Shown here: one piece after another, positions 26,017 to 32,000 of the stretch
How the letters are laid out: every line of letters starts with the position of its first letter
How positions within the stretch are numbered: the stretch's first letter is position 1
Assembly: GCF_000196355.1 (NCBI RefSeq)
Contig: NC_007614.1
Span: forward strand, 1,650,001-1,682,000
Origin: Nitrosospira multiformis ATCC 25196
Lineage (GTDB): Bacteria; Pseudomonadota; Gammaproteobacteria; Burkholderiales; Nitrosomonadaceae
Length of the DNA stretch: 32,000 nt
Direction: 5' to 3'
The notes under the pieces: model-generated
Seen by the model: only the letters and a program-made list of their open reading frames with translations
Told to the model about the DNA's origin: nothing
The model's database searches: none
Translations under genes and position numbers: made by a program

Positions 26017-26220
26017 CTATCTCTTTGCAGCCGGTCTGTCCATCAAAGGTGCCAAATCATATACGCAATGGTTAAGGGCGACGGACGGTGAATGGACTAC
26101 GGACTTACCAGCCGGAGGCTCTACTCGGAAGCGAAGCAGAGTGTCAGGTTTCCAACAACGCATTCACTACAAAACTGGATTGTGAGCCAAATTATCCGTG
26201 CTCCCACCATAAGAAATTGA

Positions 26221-27987
26221 TCAGGCGAAAATCTGCTTTACTGTCTCCCTGAATATTTCTCTCGAGTCTGAATCACCTTGCACGATTGCTGAGGCATAGG
26301 CTCTCGCCTGTTTGAAAGTGATATGGGGTGGCAACGGTGGTACGTTCGGGTCGGTACATGCCTCGAGCACCACCGGTCGATCTGCGGTCAAGGCACAATC
26401 CCATGCGCTGGCGATATTTTCTGGACGGTCGACGCGTATACCGTGCAGACCAATCAATTTTGCATAATCTGCGTATGGGACATCGGGAAGATCCTGAGCG
26501 GCATCGAATTTCGGATTACCCTCAGTGGCCCTCTGCTCCCAGGTTACCAGGTTCAGATCGCGATTATTCAAAACCAGTACCACGAGCCGGGGATCGCTCC
26601 AATGTCGCCAGTATTTGACGATGGTAATGAGCTCATTCATGCCGTTCATTTGCATCGCGCCATCTCCTGTCACGGCTATTACCACCCTGTCAGGATGCGC
26701 AAATTTAGCGGCGATTGCATAGGGCACGGCTGATCCCATCGTGGCAAGACCGCCGGAAAGCGAAGCCATCATGCCTTTACGGATTCGAATATCCCGCGCA
26801 TACCAGAATGTTGAAGAACCAGAATCGCCTGCGAGAATGCAATTATCCGGAAGCCGTGGCGATAATTCGTAGAATACGCGCTGGGGATTGATGGGATTTG
26901 CCGGCTCCATCGCCCTTGCCTCGATTTTCTTCCACCACTCGTCGACACTGCTCTCGATACGGTTTCGCCACGTACGGTCTTCCTTCCTTTTGAGTAACGG
27001 TATCAACAGCTTTAGCGTATCCTCACTATTCCCGACGAGGTTTACCTCCATCGGGTACCGCATGCTCATCATTCGTCCATCGATATCGATCTGGACGCCG
27101 CGTGCCTGCCCCTCCTCAGGCAAAAATTCGGAATAGGGAAAGCTGGAGCCGATCATCAGGAGTGTGTCGCACTCGGTCATCATGCTGTAGCTCGGCTTTG
27201 TGCCCAGCATGCCGATTGCCCCTGTCACATAAGGCAGATCGTCAGGGACCACAGTTTTTCCCAGTAGCGCCTTGGCAATTCCCGCGCCGAGCAGATCAGC
27301 CACCTGGAGAATTTCACTTGTTGCGTTCAGTGCCCCCGCGCCAACCAGAATCGCCACCTTCGACCCATCGTTCAGCACATCCGCGGCCCGTTGCAGGTCC
27401 TCAATCTCTGGAACCACACGGGGAGATCGATATCCTGCTCCCGAATAAATCGTGCCATGTTCGTGAGGGGGTTTCACAAACTCCATGTCCTGGATGTCAT
27501 TGGGAACAATAACGCAGCATACGTTATGCTCGGCCTTTGCAATACGCATAGCGCGATCGAGCACGTGGCGCACTTGCCCTGGCGTTGTCACAATATGAAC
27601 ATACTCATGCGCCACATCCTTGAAGAGCGAAACGAGATCGACTTCCTGCTGGTAGCTGCCCCCCAGAGCGGTACGTTTCTGCTGACCTACTATCGCCACC
27701 ACCGGCTGATGATCGAGCTTGGCATCATATAAACCATTGAGCAGGTGGATAGCTCCCGGGCCTGAGGTGGCCAGGCAAATACCAACTTCCCCCGTGAACT
27801 TGGCGTGGGCGCACGCCATGAACGCCGCCATCTCTTCATGCCTGATCTGGACAAATTCGAGCTTATCTGAAACTCGATTGATCGCCCCCATAATGCCGTT
27901 GATGCCGTCGCCAGGAAGGCCGAAGATACGTTTTACCCCCCATTCGGACAAACGCCGAACCAGGAAATCGCTGACCGTTTCTTTCAT
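26221..27987 (-). CDS. Thiamine pyrophosphate-dependent enzyme, pyruvate oxidase/dehydrogenase (PoxB)-like
   Basis: 588 aa; WGVKRIFGLPGDGINGIMGA, IRHEEMAAFMA, TGDGAMQMNGMNELITI...NNRDLN (TPP-binding GDG..NN motif). Confidence 0.9.
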   Translation of the reverse strand: MKETVSDFLVRRLSEWGVKRIFGLPGDGINGIMGAINRVSDKLEFVQIRHEEMAAFMACAHAKFTGEVGICLATSGPGAIHLLNGLYDAKLDHQPVVAIVGQQKRTALGGSYQQEVDLVSLFKDVAHEYVHIVTTPGQVRHVLDRAMRIAKAEHNVCCVIVPNDIQDMEFVKPPHEHGTIYSGAGYRSPRVVPEIEDLQRAADVLNDGSKVAILVGAGALNATSEILQVADLLGAGIAKALLGKTVVPDDLPYVTGAIGMLGTKPSYSMMTECDTLLMIGSSFPYSEFLPEEGQARGVQIDIDGRMMSMRYPMEVNLVGNSEDTLKLLIPLLKRKEDRTWRNRIESSVDEWWKKIEARAMEPANPINPQRVFYELSPRLPDNCILAGDSGSSTFWYARDIRIRKGMMASLSGGLATMGSAVPYAIAAKFAHPDRVVIAVTGDGAMQMNGMNELITIVKYWRHWSDPRLVVLVLNNRDLNLVTWEQRATEGNPKFDAAQDLPDVPYADYAKLIGLHGIRVDRPENIASAWDCALTADRPVVLEACTDPNVPPLPPHITFKQARAYASAIVQGDSDSREIFRETVKQIFA

Positions 27988-28142
27988 GATCGAACTCTGT
28001 TAGGAATATTATTGCTCCCAAACATCCCATAAACGTGCACGAAACATTGTGCGGTAGCTCACGGTAGCAACATAAACCCGGCCTTTTGTCAGCATTTTCC
28101 CCTGCTATCGGGTTCGGAGTGCCAAATGCTATTGCATGGCTG

Positions 28143-28754
28143 TCATACGAGCCTCACTCTTATCACGTCGGGATCATCCGCAAACTCCAATAGCAGGCGG
28201 CGTACACGTTCCTGCCAGGCCTGGGCAAATGCTTCCCGCTGCAGGCCGTTGGCATCACCCTCCAGGATGGTCATCAGCCGCTCTCCCTGGGCAGGATCCG
28301 CCGGCACCGGGGAGACGTTGAGATGCACCGCTACACAAGCACCCGTATCGAGGCGTTTGAAGTTAATCGCCTCTCCTTCCCGTTGCTGCGCGAAAGTGAG
28401 CAGACCTTGTCGCCGGAATTGCCCCCGAATGCCGTGAAAACCATTGCTGGAAGCAGCGCCCGTGAGCAAAGTCAGCACCTGCGCCATGACACCCGTCACC
28501 CCTTCGTGCTCTGGCGCCGGCATATACACGGCAATATTACCGCGTTCCGCAGGCTCATCAGGGTACAGAGCGCCCAATGCTGCACGCCCCACCAGGAACG
28601 CGCCCGCAACTGTAGGGCAGGAATGTCCAGCAAGGCGTACGGCATCGACATAACGGTATTCAAGCACGCCGTCGCGCGCCGCCCCAAGCATAGCGGCGAA
28701 TGGATCGCGAGTGCGTATTACAGGCGCTTTTTCATAGAAATCGGGAAAATGCAT
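28143..28754 (-). CDS. FmdE-like domain protein
   Basis: 203 aa; YVDAVRLAGHSCPTVAGAFLVGRAALGALYPDEPAERGNIAVYMP resembles the GHxCPG-type FmdE core. Confidence 0.45.
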   Translation of the reverse strand: MHFPDFYEKAPVIRTRDPFAAMLGAARDGVLEYRYVDAVRLAGHSCPTVAGAFLVGRAALGALYPDEPAERGNIAVYMPAPEHEGVTGVMAQVLTLLTGAASSNGFHGIRGQFRRQGLLTFAQQREGEAINFKRLDTGACVAVHLNVSPVPADPAQGERLMTILEGDANGLQREAFAQAWQERVRRLLLEFADDPDVIRVRLV

Positions 28755-28808
28755 ACGTCTCCTTTTGACTAACAGGTTTTCTGGAAAAACGTGAACAGTC
28801 TGCGCAGG

Positions 28809-29258
28809 CTATACATCCGCATTGATAATGCATGAATGCGACTGCAACTGTGGAAAAGCGGTTCGTTCCTCGTAACGCACGTGCGAACCAAGAAGCTCGC
28901 CGAACCGGCGTAACCGGTCTATCGGAATGAGCTCACAGGTATTGGAGGCCAACCTTCGCAACTCTTCGTGTTCTGCGCGAATTCGTGCTGCCACTTCTGC
29001 ATCGAATGCGCTCCCCACGGTTTCCAGCAACCGTTCCTCCACCTCGAAATGCCGGACTAGAAGCGTAGCCCAATGGCGCTCGATATCCTTGATAGCTGCG
29101 GATAATACGGCTGGGTCGCCGGTATTGGCTGCACGGCGTGCATTCCGCGCCACTACAAGTGATGTATGGTGTTCGCGGGATAACGAAAGCAATGCACCGA
29201 TCCGGGGCATTTCAAAGTGATAATGGAGTTGACTACGATAAACAGGATTAAAGTTCAT
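28809..29258 (-). CDS. Hemerythrin (HHE) domain protein
   Basis: LSREHHTSLVVARNARR...ERHWATLLVRHFEVEERLLE...AEHEELRRL...LGSHVRYEERTAFPQLQ; HHE-type His/Glu pattern. The ATG at 29258 overlaps the upstream stop (ATGA). Confidence 0.85.
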   Translation of the reverse strand: MNFNPVYRSQLHYHFEMPRIGALLSLSREHHTSLVVARNARRAANTGDPAVLSAAIKDIERHWATLLVRHFEVEERLLETVGSAFDAEVAARIRAEHEELRRLASNTCELIPIDRLRRFGELLGSHVRYEERTAFPQLQSHSCIINADV

Positions 29259-29839
29259 TGTCGCATTGTCTTCAATGCCACTGCCCATTTATGGAGTTCG
29301 TTGAGCAAGGATGTACCCGAACTCATATGGTGGTCGTTCGGAACGAAATTTTCGACATCATCCAGATGTGCCGACACATTCTGGATCGCAACCGCCTCCA
29401 TCATGGGCATCATTTTCAGTGTTGTAAGAGTAAGTTTTTCAACCAGCGCAGCGCGCATGCCACCTGAGACTCCGCCGTAACTTACCAATGCCGCAGGCTT
29501 ATAATTCCATTCTTTGTAAACATAGTTGAGCGCATTCAGGAGAGAAGGCGGGGCTCCGAAATTATATTCCGGCGTCACAAATACATAGGCATCTGCCGCA
29601 TTCACGCTCGCCGCCCATTTCTTCGTATGCTCATGCTGGTAGTGCTGACGGACCGGATGTTCGGGTTCATCATATACCGGCAGATTGAATTCCTCCAGAT
29701 CGACCAGCGCCGCCTCAAATTTTCCGTGCTGTACCGCAAATTCATGAAACCATCTGGCAACTGAGGGTCCCACCCGGCCAGGCCGGGTACTGCAGATAAT
29801 GATGTGAAGTCTAAGATTCATGTTTTTCCTCTCGTTCAT
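29255..29839 (-). CDS. NAD(P)H-dependent FMN reductase
   Basis: LHIIICSTRPGRVGPSVARWFHEFA...DAYVFVTPEYNFGAPPSLLNALNYVYKEWNYKPAALVSYGGVSGGMRA; classic flavodoxin-like motifs. Confidence 0.93.
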   Translation of the reverse strand: MNERKNMNLRLHIIICSTRPGRVGPSVARWFHEFAVQHGKFEAALVDLEEFNLPVYDEPEHPVRQHYQHEHTKKWAASVNAADAYVFVTPEYNFGAPPSLLNALNYVYKEWNYKPAALVSYGGVSGGMRAALVEKLTLTTLKMMPMMEAVAIQNVSAHLDDVENFVPNDHHMSSGTSLLNELHKWAVALKTMRQ

Positions 29840-29988
29840 TGTGATAGCTAAAAGCGAAGGGACGATTCCTGCTATCCGCCCCCGGCCGATCCTGCATCCC
29901 TTGACCTGCGCAGGAATGGGCGATTGGACCGCAGGATCCTTGCCCGACTGAAAATAGCTGTCGCTTCGCCGGAAACAGCAAACCGGGA

Positions 29989-30855
29989 CTAATGTGTTAT
30001 TTGTCCGAAGCGACCACTGTTGAAATCATTCATGGCCTGGACAATTTCCTGCTGGCTGTTCATCACGAATGGACCGTGACCAACGATGGGCTCATCGATG
30101 GGTTTGCCGCTTAGCAGCAGTACTACAGCGTCATTGTTGGCTTCAATCGAGACGTCTCGACCCGCCCGATCCAACACCACCATCTGCGCCTCGCGAGCAA
30201 CTGTTTCGCCATTCACGAGCACGGTCCCATGCAGAACAATCACTGCCACGTTCCATCCTTCGGGAAGTGCCAATTCGCTCATCCCCCCCTGTTTCAACCG
30301 CAGGTCCCAGACATGCATTGGCGTGAAGGTTCTGGCTGGACCCGCCTGACCAGCATACTCGCCTGCAATCACGCGAACCGTTCCCGCCTCCTCAGGGAGC
30401 GCTACCCTTGGAATATCACGGTCGAGGATAGCTTGATAGCGGGGTGCAGTCATTTTGTTCCTGGCTGGCAGGTTCACCCACAACTGTACCATTTCAAGTA
30501 CGCCACCGGATTCAGTGAATGTGGGGGAGTGGAACTCCTCGTGCAAGATACCGCTACCCGCTGTCATCCACTGCACATCCCCTGGACCGATAGTTCCGCC
30601 TTGTCCGGTCGAGTCATGGTGCGCCACCTCGCCTTTGTAAACGATAGTGACCGTCTCAAAACCACGATGGGGGTGCTCACCCACACCACGAGGCGTGTCA
30701 GCCGGTGAAAAATCGGCTGGCCCTGCATAATCGAGCAACAGGAAAGGACTGAGTTGTTTGCCGTGACCTTGGTACGAGAACATGGAACGCACAGGAAAAC
30801 CATCTCCCACCCAATGGGAACGCGGTGCATTGTAGATACCGAGAATTCTTTTCAT
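29989..30855 (-). CDS. Pirin-family protein
   Basis: HWVGDGFPVRSMFSYQGHGKQLSPFLLLDYAGPADFSP...RGVGEHPHRGFETVTIVYKGEVAHHDSTGQGGTIGPGDVQWMTAGSGILHEEFH. Confidence 0.95.
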   Translation of the reverse strand: MKRILGIYNAPRSHWVGDGFPVRSMFSYQGHGKQLSPFLLLDYAGPADFSPADTPRGVGEHPHRGFETVTIVYKGEVAHHDSTGQGGTIGPGDVQWMTAGSGILHEEFHSPTFTESGGVLEMVQLWVNLPARNKMTAPRYQAILDRDIPRVALPEEAGTVRVIAGEYAGQAGPARTFTPMHVWDLRLKQGGMSELALPEGWNVAVIVLHGTVLVNGETVAREAQMVVLDRAGRDVSIEANNDAVVLLLSGKPIDEPIVGHGPFVMNSQQEIVQAMNDFNSGRFGQITH

Positions 30856-30920
30856 GTCGAACTCCTGCTTAATGGAATGTAGTAAAAGTATAGATTGGAA
30901 ACCATCACGTATGTAGACTG

Positions 30921-30950
30921 CTAAAATAGCTAGGAGAGTTCTATTTTTAG
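30921..30950. promoter_or_regulatory. Candidate LysR operator in divergent intergenic region
   Basis: Near-perfect inverted repeat CTAAAATAG ... CTATTTTTAG between the pirin and LysR genes. Confidence 0.45.
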
Positions 30951-30965
30951 GACGATAAGGTTGCA

Positions 30966-31871
30966 GTGCAAGATTTGAATGATCTTTACTACTACGTCCA
31001 GGCAGTCGATCATGGCGGCTTTGCCCAGGCAGGCCGAGCGCTGGGAATGCCGAAATCGAAGCTCAGCCGTCGCATCGCAACGTTGGAAGAGCGGCTAGGG
31101 GTGCGCCTCATCCAACGTTCATCACGTCGCTTTACAGTGACTGAAGTCGGACAAACCTATTACGAGCACTGCAAAGCGATGCTCGTGGAAGCAGAGGCTG
31201 CTCAGGAAGCAATAGAGGCAATGCAAGCGGAACCTCGGGGTGTCGTCCGTCTAACATGTCCGGTGGCGCTGCTGCATGTGAATGTCGGGGTGATGCTGGC
31301 CGACTTTATGGTGCGTTATCCGCATATCACGCTCCATCTCGAGGCCACCAATCGGCGTGTGGATGTGCTGAGCGAAGCAGTAGATGTAGCCATTCGCGTG
31401 CGACCGCCACCCTTGCAGGATAGTGATCTGGTCATGCGTGTCCTGGCTGATCGGGGACAGTGTCTGGTAGGAAGTCAGGCGCTTGTATGGCACTTCGGTT
31501 TTCCTCGCACCCCCGGCGAGTTGAGCAACTGGCCCAGCCTCGGACTGGGAACGCCTCAACAAATCCATAAATGGGTACTGCACGGGCCGAACGGTGCTCA
31601 GGCAACGCTTCATCACATGCCGCGTTTAATCACCACCGATATGATTACCTTAAGAAATGCGGCATTGGCCGGGGTGGGAATGGTACAACTGCCTGTTCTG
31701 ATGGTACGTGATCATTTGGCAGCAGGTTCGCTGGTCAGGCTGGTGCCTGATTGGACTCCTCACCGGGAAATTGTCCATGCTGTATTTCCATCTCGGCGCG
31801 GCCTTCTGCCATCGGTGCGAACGCTCATTGATTTTCTCGCAGAGCGTTTTCGCTTACTGCATGAGGAGTGA
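30966..31871 (+). CDS. LysR-family transcriptional regulator
   Basis: MQDLNDLYYYVQAVDHGGFAQAGRALGMPKSKLSRRIATLEERLGVRLIQRSSRRFTVTEVG; divergent from the pirin gene. Confidence 0.95.
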   Translation: MQDLNDLYYYVQAVDHGGFAQAGRALGMPKSKLSRRIATLEERLGVRLIQRSSRRFTVTEVGQTYYEHCKAMLVEAEAAQEAIEAMQAEPRGVVRLTCPVALLHVNVGVMLADFMVRYPHITLHLEATNRRVDVLSEAVDVAIRVRPPPLQDSDLVMRVLADRGQCLVGSQALVWHFGFPRTPGELSNWPSLGLGTPQQIHKWVLHGPNGAQATLHHMPRLITTDMITLRNAALAGVGMVQLPVLMVRDHLAAGSLVRLVPDWTPHREIVHAVFPSRRGLLPSVRTLIDFLAERFRLLHEE

Positions 31872-32000
31872 GTGCAATATTCGCGGAAAGGGGTTTTCCC
31901 CTCCCTTTCCCGCATATGCAAGAAGCAGAAGCATAGGGTTCTTATAATGCCACCCTGATAATCGGCTTGATGGTAATACCCTTCTCACTATCCTCTGCCG

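Noticed and set aside
25922-26185. 87-aa plus ORF overlapping the end of the secreted-protein gene
   Set aside because: Mostly overlaps 25414-26016 in another frame, no recognisable motif; could be a gene remnant but unsupported.
1-32000. CRISPR array, toxin-antitoxin or known anti-phage defence system
   Set aside because: No regularly spaced short direct repeats and no recognisable defence proteins; the only tandem repeats found are the 22-aa coding repeats and the cassette duplication.

Overview
Most of this window (about 1-24.7 kb) is the late/structural region of a tailed prophage, probably podovirus-like, transcribed right to left on the minus strand. From right to left it carries a Rz/Rz1-like spanin pair, small and large terminase, a P22-like portal, three paralogous adsorption/decoration-type gene pairs, scaffold, an N4-gp56-like major capsid protein, connector/tail genes, a collar-type fibre, an endolysin/holin-like cluster, a large structural protein, small genes, a LamG-like protein with seven 22-aa repeats, and a truncated GNAT-like gene at the edge. 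A 1,234-bp IS3-family (IS407-like) element sits at 3075-4308, with 4-bp gccg target repeats, an A6G frameshift signal and an inactivating frameshift in orfB. To the right (about 26.2-31.9 kb) is apparently chromosomal DNA: a TPP-dependent PoxB-like enzyme, an FmdE-like protein, a hemerythrin-domain protein, an FMN reductase and a pirin, with a divergent LysR regulator. The main observations are: (1) a consensus sigma70 promoter followed by an ~85-nt leader and tandem terminators upstream of the late genes, plus further intrinsic terminators inside the late region, which resembles a lambda Q / HK022 put-type antitermination layout; (2) duplicated two-gene cassettes with a shared N-terminal module, located between a scaffold gene and a displaced scaffold 5' fragment. 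No CRISPR array, tRNA, rRNA, integrase or recognisable defence system was seen. All homology calls come from reading the sequence; no searches were run.
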